A stretch of 52,604 nt of DNA, taken from the NCBI GenBank assembly GCA_003141815.1, contig PLNQ01000023.1:1-52604 (forward strand). Reading direction: 5' to 3'. Position 1 is the stretch's first letter, and every line of letters starts with the position of its first letter. Shown piece by piece: positions 8,343-19,646 of this stretch. This DNA is from Acidimicrobiaceae bacterium. Lineage in GTDB: Bacteria > Actinomycetota > Acidimicrobiia > Acidimicrobiales > RAAP-2. The notes under the pieces are model-generated. The model ran no database searches. It was not told where the DNA came from and saw only the letters and a list, made by a program, of their open reading frames with translations. The translations under genes were made by a program, and so were the position numbers.

Positions 8343-8348
8343 ACTCTA
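8343..8348 (-). promoter_or_regulatory. -10 box of tRNA-Leu promoter
   Basis: TAGAGT 9 nt upstream of the mature 5' end. Confidence 0.55.
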
Positions 8349-8375
8349 TCGCAGTCAACGAAACGCCAGTAAAAA

Positions 8376-10043
8376 CTAACTGCCAGTTATGGGCGGCACA
8401 ATCGACCACGAAGGTAACTGATCAACGAAACCCGTCACCGTAAAACTGCCCTGAACCGTGGCGAGTGAGTTCGACCACACGACCAGCGACGGCGCGGTGA
8501 AGAGCGGTCGAACCCAGTAGTCGCTCAGGACGGTTTGATCGAGGCGTAGCCAAGTTGCCGACGCGGTCACCGGGTTGAAGATCGACGAGGCTTGTTGAAA
8601 GAGCGCTGTCACCGTCGTCGAACGATCGCCACCGGGATACGTATTCGGATAGGCCGGACCCGCCCAAGAACGCGCGGCGTAGGCGGGAGCGGTCACCGTC
8701 GGACGTGAGAAGATCGCGACGTCGGCGGTATTCGCAGCGGCCACTCTCGCGGCGTCAATTTCAGTCGCTTCGTGGACCAAGGTCGCTGCGACGCCAATTG
8801 CCGCCCAATCCTTCTTCACGAGCGTGGCGACCGCGCGATCGAGAGCGCTCGGGCCGACGGCCAGTCGAATCGAGAGCAACTTGCCGGCATCATCCAGCCA
8901 ACCCGACGACGTTCGTTGATAGCCGCCTTCTTTGAGGGTGTCGATCGCGCAGGTCACGCAGTCACTCACCCCGTCGGTGGGACCACCGAGGATCGTCGTC
9001 GTCGCGCCCTGGCCTGTTGGGTTCGATCCAGCCGTCCCGGGATACTGACTCTGACCTTGGGAGTAGATCGCCGACGCCGCCACCGAGGGCGAGAACGTCA
9101 CTGAACCAAAGATGGTGTCGATCATGGCCTGACGTTGGATCGCCCAACTGAGGGATTGGCGAACAACAAGTCGGTCTACGTTCGGTGCTGCGGGTGCGAA
9201 GGTCATCTCTTCAATGTTGCTCGACGACGAGATGTGGCTCACCAGCGTCGGACGCGAACTGAGCGGAAGGATGGCCCCACTGTTGACCACGAGGGAGTAC
9301 TGCGCGAAGGTGTCGCGCGCCGTGCTCGGGAGGTTCTGCGAGTCGGTGATCACGACGCGTCCGAAGCGGTTCGTGTCGAGGGGCCAACTCGGGTTCATGT
9401 TCAACACGATCCGACTCGGGGTGGCAGTCTTCACGATGTAAGGACCGAGCGAGGGACGACTGATCAGATTTCTTATCGCGCAACCACTGGGGGTGCCGGG
9501 CGCTTCGAGGTCACGAAAGAGGAGATTCCAGTCGGCGTACGGCGTCGCGAAGACCGCCGTCACCGTCAGTCCGTTGGGCGAGACGCTGAGGGTCTTGATC
9601 GCGCGGTAGCCGTCGCTCGTCACGCTCGCGAGGACTTTCGCGCGGTGCCACCAACTGACGAGGTCGTGGCCCGTGAAGGGAACGCTGTTGCTCCAGGTCT
9701 GATTGGCGCTGATGGTGTAGCGCACCGTCTCGGGCTGCAGCGACGTCAGTTCGGCCGAGGAGATTGGCCCGTCTTGACCGACCAGCGTCCCGTTCGCGTT
9801 CGTGTTGAAGGCTGAGGGACGGAGGAGATCCAACACTGCGGCCGTCGTCGGCGTGACGCCCGGGTCGAGGTAGGAGCAGCCGTTGAAGGGCCCGGGGAGT
9901 GACAACACCAGGGTGTGGGCGTTCTCATTGGCGTTCGTGTACGCCAGGGCCCCCGAGAAGGTGACGGGCACCACGAAGGCCGCGAGGACCGCGAGGCCCG
10001 GGAGGAAGATCACCAGCGTGCGCCAGCTTCGACGCCACCGCAT
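8376..10043 (-). CDS. ABC transporter substrate-binding protein, family 5 (Opp/Dpp-like)
   Basis: N-terminal anchor; YTISANQTWSNSVPFTGHDL, GPYIV and VRQSLSWAIQR resemble SBP_bac_5 motifs. Confidence 0.8.
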   Translation of the reverse strand: MRWRRSWRTLVIFLPGLAVLAAFVVPVTFSGALAYTNANENAHTLVLSLPGPFNGCSYLDPGVTPTTAAVLDLLRPSAFNTNANGTLVGQDGPISSAELTSLQPETVRYTISANQTWSNSVPFTGHDLVSWWHRAKVLASVTSDGYRAIKTLSVSPNGLTVTAVFATPYADWNLLFRDLEAPGTPSGCAIRNLISRPSLGPYIVKTATPSRIVLNMNPSWPLDTNRFGRVVITDSQNLPSTARDTFAQYSLVVNSGAILPLSSRPTLVSHISSSSNIEEMTFAPAAPNVDRLVVRQSLSWAIQRQAMIDTIFGSVTFSPSVAASAIYSQGQSQYPGTAGSNPTGQGATTTILGGPTDGVSDCVTCAIDTLKEGGYQRTSSGWLDDAGKLLSIRLAVGPSALDRAVATLVKKDWAAIGVAATLVHEATEIDAARVAAANTADVAIFSRPTVTAPAYAARSWAGPAYPNTYPGGDRSTTVTALFQQASSIFNPVTASATWLRLDQTVLSDYWVRPLFTAPSLVVWSNSLATVQGSFTVTGFVDQLPSWSIVPPITGS

Positions 10044-10048
10044 GGTCG

Positions 10049-10279
10049 TTACTGCAGGCGTAGGTCGAGCGCCAACGTGCAGAACGTAAACAGCAGCGCG
10101 ACGGCGATCGTGATCCGGTCGAGGTTGCGCTCCACCACGGTCGAACCGGTGGCGGCGGCGCCCATCGAGCCCCCCATGAGGTCCGAGATGCCGCCCCCTC
10201 GTCCAGAGTGCAACAGGACGAGAAAGATCAACGCCACGGCCGAAACTGTCTCAATAGCGATGATTGCCCAGGTAAACAT
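10049..10279 (-). CDS. secG: Preprotein translocase subunit SecG
   Basis: LVLLHSGRGGGISDLMGG..VERNLDRIT; downstream of tpiA. Confidence 0.95.
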   Translation of the reverse strand: MFTWAIIAIETVSAVALIFLVLLHSGRGGGISDLMGGSMGAAATGSTVVERNLDRITIAVALLFTFCTLALDLRLQ

Positions 10280-10291
10280 TGGGTCCTCCGA

Positions 10292-11074
10292 TTAGCGCTT
10301 TATAGCGTAGCAGTCGTCGCACGCCTGAAGGATGGCGTAGAACGACTCGGCCTTCAGTGACGCTCCCCCGACGAGGAAGCCGTCCACGTCACTTTCGCGT
10401 ACCAGCGTCGCGGCGTTCTCGGTGTTCACCGAGCCGCCGTAGAGCACTTGCGGGGCGCTAAAGGACATCGATCGAAGAACCTTGCGAAGGTGCGCCGTCA
10501 TCTCGTGGACTTGCTCGACCGTGGCGTTCACACCCGTGCCGATGGCCCACAGGGGCTCGTAGGCCACGGTGAGCAGGGCGTGGAACTTTTCGTCCAGGCC
10601 GTGCAGGGCGCTCTCGAGTTGCGCCGCGACGAAGGCTTCGTGCTCACCGTTCTCTCGCACCGAGAGTTCCTCGCCCACGCAGAGTACGGCGTGCTGGCCC
10701 GCGCGAACGACGCTGCGCAGTGTGTCGGCGACGATCTCGTCGCTCATGAAGTAGTGCACTCGGCGCTCGGAGTGACCAACGAGCACCCACTCGACGTTCA
10801 GGCGCGTCAACATCGACGTCGAGATCTCGCCGGTGTGCGGTCCGTTCTCCTGGGCATTGACGTGCTGCGCGCAGAGTCCGATCGCGAACCGCTCAGAGTC
10901 GATGATCGAACTCACGCTACGCAGGTCGACGAAGGGCGCCGCCACGACGACGTCGGTGTGCTCGACGGGACGATTCTTCATCAAGACGCCTAACTGCTGC
11001 ACCAGGTGTAGGGCCTCGACGAAGTCGAGGTTCATCTTCCAGTTGCCAATGACGAGGGGTCGGCGGGTGGTCAT
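10292..11074 (-). CDS. tpiA: Triosephosphate isomerase
   Basis: GNWKMN, GHSERR, AYEPLWAIGTG, YGGSV. Confidence 0.97.
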   Translation of the reverse strand: MTTRRPLVIGNWKMNLDFVEALHLVQQLGVLMKNRPVEHTDVVVAAPFVDLRSVSSIIDSERFAIGLCAQHVNAQENGPHTGEISTSMLTRLNVEWVLVGHSERRVHYFMSDEIVADTLRSVVRAGQHAVLCVGEELSVRENGEHEAFVAAQLESALHGLDEKFHALLTVAYEPLWAIGTGVNATVEQVHEMTAHLRKVLRSMSFSAPQVLYGGSVNTENAATLVRESDVDGFLVGGASLKAESFYAILQACDDCYAIKR

Positions 11075-12208
11075 CTAGTTCCAAGGACTTTCTCGAAGGG
11101 CCCGCAGGCCGGGTAGATCGCCGAGTTCGACGAGTTCTAATGACGCGCCGCCGCCGGTCGAGACGAAACTCACGTCGCCGTCGAGACCGTAGGACGTTAG
11201 GGCCGCGACCGAGTCGCCACCGCCCACGACGCTCACGGCCGAGGATGACGCGATGGCGCGCGCGACGGCTTCGGTGCCGACACCGAAGCGCGGGTCCTCG
11301 AAAACACCCATCGGTCCATTCCAAAGGATCGTCGCCGCGCCCGCGATGGCCGCCGCGAAGACCTCGATCGACGTTGGCCCGATGTCGAGACCCATGAAGC
11401 CGTCGGGAATGTTCTCGTCAAAATCAACGGCGACCTCGTCGCTCCCGCCGGGACCAAAGGACGAACCCGTGGGAAGACCGCGCGCGTCGACGGGAATCAG
11501 TACGTTGCCGCCCTCGAGCAACGCGGCGCACTCCTCGACGAACGAGCCGTCGAAGAGCGACGAGCCGATGCGGCGACCCTCGGCGACAGCGAACGTGTAG
11601 GCCATGCCCCCGCCGACGATGACGACGTCGGCCTTTTCGGCGAGGACCTTCATGATGCCGAGTTTGTCCTTCACCTTGGCGCCGCCCGTGACGGCGACGA
11701 ACGGTCGCGCGGGCGACTCCAACAGCGCCAGGAGTGTCGCGACCTCGCGCTGGAGATTGGACCCCGCGGCGCTGGGGATCAAGGTCGGTGGCACCATGAT
11801 CGACGCGTGGGCGCGGTGCGACGCGCCGAAGGCCTCGTTGACGTAGTAGTCGAATCCTTCAACGAGCGACGCGCCGAAATCAGGGTCGTTTGACTCTTCG
11901 CCGGGGTGAAAGCGCAGGTTCTCCATCAGTTCGACCTCGGGACGAAGACCGTCGAGACACCGTCGCAGTGGCGCCACGTCGTAGCGCTCGTCGACGCGCC
12001 CGTCGGGTCGGCCGAAGTGCGTGCAAGCGACGACCGTCGCGCCGCGTTCGAGCAAGACGTCAAAGAGCGGTAACGTCGAGCGCAGCCGGAAGTCGTCGGT
12101 GACGCGAAGGACTCCGTCCACCTCGGCGACGGGGGCGTTGAAGTCCACGCGCACGAGGACCCGCTTACCCTTCAGGCTCCCCCATCGATCGATCGACGGC
12201 AGCGTCAC
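11075..12208 (-). CDS. pgk: Phosphoglycerate kinase (start approximate)
   Basis: RVDFNAP, ENLRFHPGEE, WNGPMGVFE, STGGGASLE. Confidence 0.96.
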   Translation of the reverse strand: MTLPSIDRWGSLKGKRVLVRVDFNAPVAEVDGVLRVTDDFRLRSTLPLFDVLLERGATVVACTHFGRPDGRVDERYDVAPLRRCLDGLRPEVELMENLRFHPGEESNDPDFGASLVEGFDYYVNEAFGASHRAHASIMVPPTLIPSAAGSNLQREVATLLALLESPARPFVAVTGGAKVKDKLGIMKVLAEKADVVIVGGGMAYTFAVAEGRRIGSSLFDGSFVEECAALLEGGNVLIPVDARGLPTGSSFGPGGSDEVAVDFDENIPDGFMGLDIGPTSIEVFAAAIAGAATILWNGPMGVFEDPRFGVGTEAVARAIASSSAVSVVGGGDSVAALTSYGLDGDVSFVSTGGGASLELVELGDLPGLRALRESPWN

Positions 12209-12218
12209 GGACACGGAA

Positions 12219-13226
12219 CTACTGGCCGACGTGGCGCGCGAGGTCGACCAGTCGGTTCGAGTAGCCCCACTCGTTGTCGTACCAGCCAAACACCTTGACC
12301 AGGCACTTCGCCTCGTCGATGGGCTGCACCATGGTCATCAGCGAGTCGAAGGTGCACGAGGCGGGACTGCCCACGATGTCCGACGAGACGATCGGCTCGT
12401 CGGTGTAGACCAGGATGCCGTTCAACGGTCCTTCGGACGCCGCTTTGAAGGCCGCGTTGATCTCCTCGACACTCGTCGAGCGAACGATCGCGGTGAAGTC
12501 GGTGATACTGCCGACGGGAATCGGCACCCGCAGCGACGTGCCGTCGAGACGGCCCTTCATGGAACTGAGGACCAAGCTCGTCGCGCGCGCGGCGCCGGTC
12601 GATGCCGGCACGATGTTGATGGCGGCCGCGCGCGAACGGCGAAGGTCGTTGTGCGCGAGGTCGAGGAGATTTTGATCGTTGGTGTAGGCGTGCACCGTCG
12701 TCATGAGACCGGCGTCGATACCAAAGGCGTCGTCGAGGACCTTTACCATGGGCACGAAGCAGTTCGTGGTGCACGAGGCGTTCGAGATGACGAGATCCTT
12801 CGAGGCGTCGAACGTGTCTTCGTTCACGCCCATGACGAAGGTGGCGTCCGCGTCGCCCGAGGGGGCCGAAATGATGACGCGCTTCGCACCGGCCGTTAGG
12901 TGCGCGCTCGCGGCTTCACGAGTAGTGAAGCGGCCTGTTGACTCGACGACTACGTCGATGCCGAGTTCACCCCACGGCAGGTCGGCGGGATTCCTCTCGG
13001 CGAAGACCTTGATGGCGTATGAACCGACGTGCAATTCATCGTCACTAACTCTGACGTTCTGATCGAGCACGCCCTGGGTGGAGTCGTACTTCAAGAGGTG
13101 GGCGTTCGTCGCCGGCGGCACGAGGTCGTTCAACGCGACGATGTCGACGTCGGGGTTCGCGAGCGCCGCGCGCAAGAAGCCACGTCCTATTCGTCCAAAT
13201 CCATTAATCGCGACCCGTGTTACCAC
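12219..13226 (-). CDS. gap: Glyceraldehyde-3-phosphate dehydrogenase
   Basis: INGFGRIGR, SNASCTTNC, WYDNEWGYS; AAGGAG RBS before the GTG at 13226. Confidence 0.97.
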   Translation of the reverse strand: MVTRVAINGFGRIGRGFLRAALANPDVDIVALNDLVPPATNAHLLKYDSTQGVLDQNVRVSDDELHVGSYAIKVFAERNPADLPWGELGIDVVVESTGRFTTREAASAHLTAGAKRVIISAPSGDADATFVMGVNEDTFDASKDLVISNASCTTNCFVPMVKVLDDAFGIDAGLMTTVHAYTNDQNLLDLAHNDLRRSRAAAINIVPASTGAARATSLVLSSMKGRLDGTSLRVPIPVGSITDFTAIVRSTSVEEINAAFKAASEGPLNGILVYTDEPIVSSDIVGSPASCTFDSLMTMVQPIDEAKCLVKVFGWYDNEWGYSNRLVDLARHVGQ

Positions 13227-13251
13227 TGGTGTCTCCTTCTTCGTCGGTCTA

Positions 13252-14112
13252 CTATCTTCGCACTTCTTCGAGAACGGCCGATGCCAATTTTTGCACATCG
13301 TGCATAAGGCCATTCGAGGTCGCGAGGTCGCGAACGTGCGTCGTCACGTTGCACGAGTCGTGGGCGAATGACGAGTGTTCGTCCACGAGGACGACGTCCG
13401 CTACGACGCCGTGGCGTTCGAGCGCGTCGAGGTGGTCTTGCAGCGTGAAGCCCTCGGTTTCAGGAACCTGGGCCCGCAGATTCGCTACGTAGATCTTCTT
13501 CGCCTTGGTTCCGGCTAAGGCCTGCGTGATGCCCGGGACCACACAGGCCGCGAGGACACTCGTGAAGAGCGAACCTGGGCCAATGAGGACCACGTCCGCG
13601 CGTTCGATTGTCTCGACGGCGACGATGGGCGCCGCCGCGTTGGCCGGCTCGAGACTGATTCGTCGAATCGACGACGAGCGCGCCACCTTGCTCTGGCCGC
13701 GCGTCGGGCCCTCTTCGGTCGTGGCGAGGAGCTCGACGCCCTCGCAACTGGCCGGCACGATGGTGCCGGTCACGCCCATGACCTGCGCGACGGCCCGCAC
13801 GGACTCTTCGAGATTGCCCGTTGCGTCGATCAGACCCACCAACAAGAGGTTGCCCACGGCGTGACCGCTCAGTTCACCGACGTGGAATCGGTGTTCGAAG
13901 GAGGCCGTGAGGGGATTGTCGGGGTCGGCGAGGGCGCCGAGGCACTTTCGAAGGTCTCCCACGGCGGCGACATGCAACATCGCGCGTAGTCGTCCTGTCG
14001 AGCCACCATCGTCGGCGACCGACACGACACCCGTCACGTCGGGCGAGACGATCTTCAGTGCTCGAAGGGAGACCGCGGTGCCGTGCCCTCCGCCAACGGC
14101 GACGACCTTCAT
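13252..14112 (-). CDS. yvcK: YvcK/CuvA-family UDP-sugar-binding gluconeogenesis factor
   Basis: GGGHG, ADDGGSTGRLR, GPGSLFTS. Confidence 0.92.
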   Translation of the reverse strand: MKVVAVGGGHGTAVSLRALKIVSPDVTGVVSVADDGGSTGRLRAMLHVAAVGDLRKCLGALADPDNPLTASFEHRFHVGELSGHAVGNLLLVGLIDATGNLEESVRAVAQVMGVTGTIVPASCEGVELLATTEEGPTRGQSKVARSSSIRRISLEPANAAAPIVAVETIERADVVLIGPGSLFTSVLAACVVPGITQALAGTKAKKIYVANLRAQVPETEGFTLQDHLDALERHGVVADVVLVDEHSSFAHDSCNVTTHVRDLATSNGLMHDVQKLASAVLEEVRR

Positions 14113-14954
14113 CGCGCAATGTCGCGGTGGAATACGGCGTTGTCAAGATTGAGGCGCGCTCGGATCTCCTCGGCGATGGCGACGCTACGGTGACGCCCGC
14201 CGGTGCAGCCGATCGCGATCGACAGGTACGACTTGCCCTCTTTCGCGAAGGCCGGGATCTGCCACTCGAGGAGACTCACGACGTCCTTCAAGAAGTGTTG
14301 CGCCGGCTCTTGGTCGAGCACGTAACGCGCGACGGGCTCGTCAAGTCCCGTAAGGGGACGAAGCTCGTCGATCCAGTGAGGGTTCGGCAGGAACCGGCAG
14401 TCGAAGACGAGGTCCACATCGCGTGGGATGCCGTAGGTGTAGCCGAAGGTGACGAGCGAGACGCGAAGCGACTCCATTGTGCTGGCGTCAGTGAAGGTCT
14501 CGACGATGCGTCGACGGAGTTGATTGGTATTAATGGATCCCGTGTCGATAACGAGGTCCGCCGCGTCCATGATCGTCGACAGCGCGGCGCGCTCGCCGGC
14601 TATGGAGTCGGCCAAGGTGGCCTCCGCGAAGGGGTGACGACGCCGGTTGCCCTCGAAACGACGGATCAAAACGTCGTCGGGTGCGTCGAGAAAGAGGATC
14701 TTCGCCTTCTCGTGGCGCAGCTGGAGCTCTTTTTTCACGGCCAGGACGTCGTCGGGCACGACGCCCCCCGAGCGACCGACGATGAAGGCAACACCCGCGT
14801 AGTCGTGGGATCCGGCCGAGGCCAGTTCGCCCACGCGCACCACGAGTTCGAGGGGCAGATTGTCGATGACGAACCAGCCGAGGTCCTCCAGCGCGGCCGA
14901 GACCGTCGAGCGACCCGCGCCCGACATGCCCGTGACCAGCAGGACCTCAGTCAT
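14109..14954 (-). CDS. rapZ: RNase adapter RapZ / YvcJ P-loop protein
   Basis: TGMSGAGRS, DNLP, DCRFLPNPHW, GCTGGRHRSV. Confidence 0.95.
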   Translation of the reverse strand: MTEVLLVTGMSGAGRSTVSAALEDLGWFVIDNLPLELVVRVGELASAGSHDYAGVAFIVGRSGGVVPDDVLAVKKELQLRHEKAKILFLDAPDDVLIRRFEGNRRRHPFAEATLADSIAGERAALSTIMDAADLVIDTGSINTNQLRRRIVETFTDASTMESLRVSLVTFGYTYGIPRDVDLVFDCRFLPNPHWIDELRPLTGLDEPVARYVLDQEPAQHFLKDVVSLLEWQIPAFAKEGKSYLSIAIGCTGGRHRSVAIAEEIRARLNLDNAVFHRDIAR

Positions 14955-16809
14955 CGTCACCACCCTTCGAGGGCCGTGGAATCGACGGCGCCTGTAGATG
15001 ATCGTAGAGCCTCGTCGCGACGTCACTCGGAAGCCAGGCCAACGCCTCGAACTCATCGAGCGTCGCTTGTCGCAACGCGTTTAGTGAACCGAAGGCGCCG
15101 AGCAGTCGTTCACGCCGCGCTGGCCCGAGACCTTCGACGCCCTCCAAGGACGACGCCACCATCGACTTGCCACGCTTCGAACGGTGGAACGAGATGGCGA
15201 AGCGGTGCGCTTCGTCGCGAATGCGTTGGACCAAGTAGAGGCTCTCCGAACCGCGTTCAAGCGCGATAGGCGTCGAACTACCCGGCCGGTAGAGCAACTC
15301 CTCGCGCTTGGCGAGTGCGGTGAACTCTACAAGTCCGGTGAGGTCGAGCGAACGCGCGGCCTTCTCGGCGGCGTGCAACTGCGGCAGTCCCCCGTCGATG
15401 ATGATGAGGTCGGGACGACGGAACTTGGTGCTGCCTTGGTGCTCCTCCCAGTGCGAGAGACGTCGCCGCACCACCTCCTCCATGGCACCCACGTCGTCGT
15501 TGCCCAAGACCTCTTTCACGTTGAAGTGGCGATAGTCGCTCTTCACGGGCAGCGCGTCCTCGAAGACCACCATCGAGCCCACGTAGTTCGTACCCTGGAG
15601 GTGGCTCATGTCAAAGCACTCGACACGGTACGGCGGCTGCTCGAGCGAGAGCGCCGCGCCGAGCTCTTGCAGCGCGCGCGATCGGACGTTGTGATCCGCC
15701 TGACGGCGCAGCGAGTCACGGTTGATGACGGCCTGCGCATCGTGCACGGCGAGGTCGACGACGCGGCGACGCTTCCCGCGCTGCGCGGCGACGACCTCGA
15801 CGGTTCTGCCACGGACGTCACTCAAGTACTGCGTGATAAGCGACGTGGCGAGCGACGCGCGCGCCACGACCACGACGCCCGGGATGCTGTCCGCGTCGAG
15901 GTACATCTCGGTCATCGCGTTCTCGAGGATCTCGCGGTCATCTTCGTCCATCGAACGATCGACCAGGTGGACGGTGCGACCAATGATCCGACCGAAACGC
16001 ACCCGAAAGCGCACGATGGCGGCGCGACTGCCCTCACTCGCGAGGGCGATCACGTCGAGATTCGAGTGGTCATCCAGCACCACACTCTGAGCGCTCGCGG
16101 CGCGCTCAAGGGCCGCGAGTCCGTCGCGGGCCTTAGCGGCGGCCTCGTAGTGCTGTTGCGCGGAGGCTTCGTCCATCTGGTGCTGGAGAAGATCGCGCAG
16201 TTGACGTACGTCGCCCTCGAAGAAGCGCGCCCACGACGATGAGAGCTCCTGGTAGCCGTCGGGGTCGATCTTGCCCACGCACGGTCCGGAACATTTACCG
16301 ATGTCGAAGAGCAAGCACGGTCGGTTGATGCGCTGTTGGTAGTTGAACTTGTGCTTCGAGCACGAGCGCAGCGGAAAGGCTTGCAATAGTTCGTCCATCG
16401 TCACCCGCAGTGCCCGTACGTCGACGAAGGGGCCGAAGTAGCGAACGCCCTTCACGTGTTGACCACGCGTGGTGTAAGGCGCCGCGAAGGGCGTGCGCGA
16501 GTCGAGCGCCACGAAGGGGAAACTCTTGTCGTCCTTTAAACGCATGTTGTAGCGCGGCTGATTCTCCTTGATGAGCTCGTTCTCCAAGATCAGCGCGTCG
16601 AGTTCGTTCGGCGTGACGATCCACTCCACCGCCGTCGCCTCCTCCATCAGGAGTTGCGTCTTTTGACTGAGTCCCTCCGCGCGCTGGAAGTAACTCGAGA
16701 GGCGCTGAGTGAGGACGCGCGCTTTGCCCACGTAGATGATGGTGCCGCGCTCGTTCTTAAAGAGGTAGCAACCACTCTGACGCGGGATGCCCGAGGGCTT
16801 CGCCAGCAT
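14947..16809 (-). CDS. uvrC: Excinuclease ABC subunit C
   Basis: GIY-YIG domain (IIYVGKA), ECFDMSH, IIDGG, RDEAHRFA, HhH. Confidence 0.97.
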   Translation of the reverse strand: MLAKPSGIPRQSGCYLFKNERGTIIYVGKARVLTQRLSSYFQRAEGLSQKTQLLMEEATAVEWIVTPNELDALILENELIKENQPRYNMRLKDDKSFPFVALDSRTPFAAPYTTRGQHVKGVRYFGPFVDVRALRVTMDELLQAFPLRSCSKHKFNYQQRINRPCLLFDIGKCSGPCVGKIDPDGYQELSSSWARFFEGDVRQLRDLLQHQMDEASAQQHYEAAAKARDGLAALERAASAQSVVLDDHSNLDVIALASEGSRAAIVRFRVRFGRIIGRTVHLVDRSMDEDDREILENAMTEMYLDADSIPGVVVVARASLATSLITQYLSDVRGRTVEVVAAQRGKRRRVVDLAVHDAQAVINRDSLRRQADHNVRSRALQELGAALSLEQPPYRVECFDMSHLQGTNYVGSMVVFEDALPVKSDYRHFNVKEVLGNDDVGAMEEVVRRRLSHWEEHQGSTKFRRPDLIIIDGGLPQLHAAEKAARSLDLTGLVEFTALAKREELLYRPGSSTPIALERGSESLYLVQRIRDEAHRFAISFHRSKRGKSMVASSLEGVEGLGPARRERLLGAFGSLNALRQATLDEFEALAWLPSDVATRLYDHLQAPSIPRPSKGGDDD

Positions 16810-19646
16810 TAGGCCCGACCGTTACCGGTGAGCACCTCTCGAAGCACCGTGCCCGTGGCGGTCTCGAGCTTGGCGATGTCTTCGGGCGTCCCCTCGCCCA
16901 CCACCAAGCCGCCACGGCGACCGCCCTCGGGACCGAGGTCAATCACCCAGTCCGCGGTCTTGATGACGTCGAGATTGTGTTCGATCACGAGCACCGTGTT
17001 ACCCTGATCGACCAAACGGTGAAGTACCTGCAGAAGACGATTGACGTCCTCGAAGTGCAGTCCCGTCGTCGGTTCGTCGAGTACGTAGAGCGTGTGACCG
17101 GTGGGGCGTCGCGCTAATTCCGTCGCTAACTTCACCCGCTGTGCTTCGCCACCCGAGAGCGTCGGCGCCGGTTGGCCAAGTCGCACGTACCCGAGTCCCA
17201 CGTCCACCAGGCTCTGTATGTGGCGGAGAATGAGCGGCTGACGGTCGAAGAACTCGAGCGCCTCGGCGATGGGCATCGCCAACACGTCGGCAATGGACTT
17301 GCCGCGGTAGAGGATCTCGAGCGTCTCGCGGTTGTAGCGCGCACCGTCACAGACGTCACAGTTCACGTAGACGTCGGGTAGAAAGTGCATCTCGATCTTG
17401 ATGGTGCCGTCCCCGGCGCACGCCTCGCAGCGTCCACCCTTCACGTTGAAGGAGAAGCGTCCTTGCTGATAGCCGCGAACCTTCGCCTCTTGGGTCTCGG
17501 CGAAAAGCTTTCGTATCTTGTCGAAGACCCCCGTGTACGTCGCGGGATTCGAACGAGGCGTTCGGCCAATGGGTTGTTGGTCGACGGCGACAACCTTGTC
17601 GAGGTTCTTCACGCCGAGAATCGTGTCGTGCTCAGCGGCTTTGGTCTTCGCCCGATTGATCTGTCGTTCGAGCGACGCGAGGAGAATCGCGTTAATGAGT
17701 GAGGACTTACCCGAACCCGACACGCCGGTGACGGCCACGAAATCACCGAGGGGGATATCGACATTGACGTTCTGGAGGTTGTTCGCTCGCGCACCCTTGA
17801 TGGTGAGTCGTTTGCCGTCGCCGAGTCGCCTCGTCTCGGGAACGGCGATGGACTTCGCGCCCGAGAGGTACTGACCGGTGAGCGAGCGCTTGTTCTTCAA
17901 CAACGCCTCGTAGGTACCCGCGTGCACGACCTCGCCGCCGAACTCCCCGGCACCCGGCCCGATGTCCACGATGAAGTCGGCGAGCCGGATGGTCTCCTCG
18001 TCGTGCTCGACGACGATGACCGAGTTGCCGAGGTCGCGCAGGCGCTCGAGCGTGGCGATGAGACGACGGTTGTCGCGTTGATGCAAACCAATCGAGGGTT
18101 CGTCGAGGACGTAGAGGACGCCCACGAGGTAGCTGCCGATCTGACTCGCGAGACGAATCCTCTGTGCCTCGCCACCCGAGAGTGTCGCCGAAGCACGGCT
18201 CAGGGTTAGATAGTCCAGTCCCACGTCCATCAGGAAGGTCAGTCGCTCGACGATCTCCTTTATCACCTGGTGAGCAATGGTCTCCTCGCGTTTGGTGAGG
18301 GTCAACGCGTGAAAGAAGTCAATTGCTTCGTCGATGGTGAAGGAGTTCACATCAGCGATGTTGCGTTCGTGCACCCGCACCGCCAACACCTCTGGCTTCA
18401 GTCGCTGTCCGTGACAGGCGTGGCACTCCACCTCGCGCATGAACTGCTCGGCCTGCTCGCGTGACCAGTCACCGTCGGCCTCGTTGCGCTTGCGCTCCAA
18501 CCACTCGACGATGCCGTTGTAGGTCGTCTCGTAACTGCGCGTGCGCCCGTAACGGTTCTTGTACTTGACGGGCACCGTCTTGGAGTCGACGCCGTAGAGG
18601 ACGAGTTTTCGGTCCTTGGCCCGTAACTTCTTCCACGGCGTGTCGACGTCGAAGCCACCGAGGGTCGCAATGCCGCCGATAAGTCGTTCGAAGTACTTGA
18701 AACGCGCACCGGCCCAAGGCGCGAGTGCGCCGTCGGCCAGTGACAACGTGTCGTCGGGTACGACGAGGTCGGGGTCCACTTCGTATCGTGTGCCGAGTCC
18801 CGTGCACACCGGACAGGCGCCGTAGGGCGAGTTGAAGGAGAAGTCGCGCGGTGCCAATTCACCGAAGCTGATCCCGCAGTCGCTACAGGCCATCTTCTCG
18901 GAGAACTGCACCATCTCGTCGTTATCCAAGAAGAGAAACTTGACGACGCCCTTGGTGAGTTTGAGGGCCGCTTCCACCGACTCGGTCAGTCGTTGGCGGT
19001 TGTTCTTCTTCACGCTCAAACGGTCGAGTACTACGTCGATGGTGTGCTTCTCGTAGCGCGCCAAGGTCAACGAGTCGCGTTCGGAAAGCTCCATCACCAC
19101 GCCGTCGACGCGTACGCGAGAGAAACCCTGTCCCGCAAGTTCGTTCAATAAGGTGCTGTACTCCCCCTTGCGACCCTCCACCACGGTCGCCAAGACGAGA
19201 AACCGTTCACCGTCACTTCGTGCGAGCACCTGGTCGACGATCTGTTGAGGCGTCTGACTCGAAATGGCCTTGCCGCAGTTCGGGCAGTAGCGCACACCGA
19301 TGCGCGCAAAAAGGAGTCGCAAGTAGTCGTGGATCTCGGTGATGGTCCCCACCGTCGAGCGCGGGTTCCGCGACGCGGACTTTTGATCGATGGAAATCGC
19401 CGGCGAGAGACCCTCGATGAACTCGACGTCGGGCTTGTCCATCTGTCCGAGAAACTGACGGGCGTAGGCCGAAAGGCTCTCCACGTAGCGCCGCTGTCCC
19501 TCAGCGTAAATGGTGTCGAAGGCCAGCGAGGATTTACCCGATCCCGAGAGTCCCGTGAAGACCACCAACTGGTCGCGGGGGATCTCCACGGAGAGGTTTT
19601 TTAGGTTATGAACCCTCGCTCCCTGGACCCGAATCGACTTAGACAT
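16809..19646 (-). CDS. uvrA: Excinuclease ABC subunit A
   Basis: Two ABC modules ([18 protein letters not shown]), LSGGEAQR twice, zinc fingers. Confidence 0.98.
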   Translation of the reverse strand: MSKSIRVQGARVHNLKNLSVEIPRDQLVVFTGLSGSGKSSLAFDTIYAEGQRRYVESLSAYARQFLGQMDKPDVEFIEGLSPAISIDQKSASRNPRSTVGTITEIHDYLRLLFARIGVRYCPNCGKAISSQTPQQIVDQVLARSDGERFLVLATVVEGRKGEYSTLLNELAGQGFSRVRVDGVVMELSERDSLTLARYEKHTIDVVLDRLSVKKNNRQRLTESVEAALKLTKGVVKFLFLDNDEMVQFSEKMACSDCGISFGELAPRDFSFNSPYGACPVCTGLGTRYEVDPDLVVPDDTLSLADGALAPWAGARFKYFERLIGGIATLGGFDVDTPWKKLRAKDRKLVLYGVDSKTVPVKYKNRYGRTRSYETTYNGIVEWLERKRNEADGDWSREQAEQFMREVECHACHGQRLKPEVLAVRVHERNIADVNSFTIDEAIDFFHALTLTKREETIAHQVIKEIVERLTFLMDVGLDYLTLSRASATLSGGEAQRIRLASQIGSYLVGVLYVLDEPSIGLHQRDNRRLIATLERLRDLGNSVIVVEHDEETIRLADFIVDIGPGAGEFGGEVVHAGTYEALLKNKRSLTGQYLSGAKSIAVPETRRLGDGKRLTIKGARANNLQNVNVDIPLGDFVAVTGVSGSGKSSLINAILLASLERQINRAKTKAAEHDTILGVKNLDKVVAVDQQPIGRTPRSNPATYTGVFDKIRKLFAETQEAKVRGYQQGRFSFNVKGGRCEACAGDGTIKIEMHFLPDVYVNCDVCDGARYNRETLEILYRGKSIADVLAMPIAEALEFFDRQPLILRHIQSLVDVGLGYVRLGQPAPTLSGGEAQRVKLATELARRPTGHTLYVLDEPTTGLHFEDVNRLLQVLHRLVDQGNTVLVIEHNLDVIKTADWVIDLGPEGGRRGGLVVGEGTPEDIAKLETATGTVLREVLTGNGRA

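Noticed and set aside
14058-16242. Long antisense ORFs (also 28992-30365, 30130-31395, 49303-50337, and the same-strand alternative frame 47596-49236)
   Set aside because: Shadow frames of well-supported genes, expected in high-GC DNA; no recognisable motifs.
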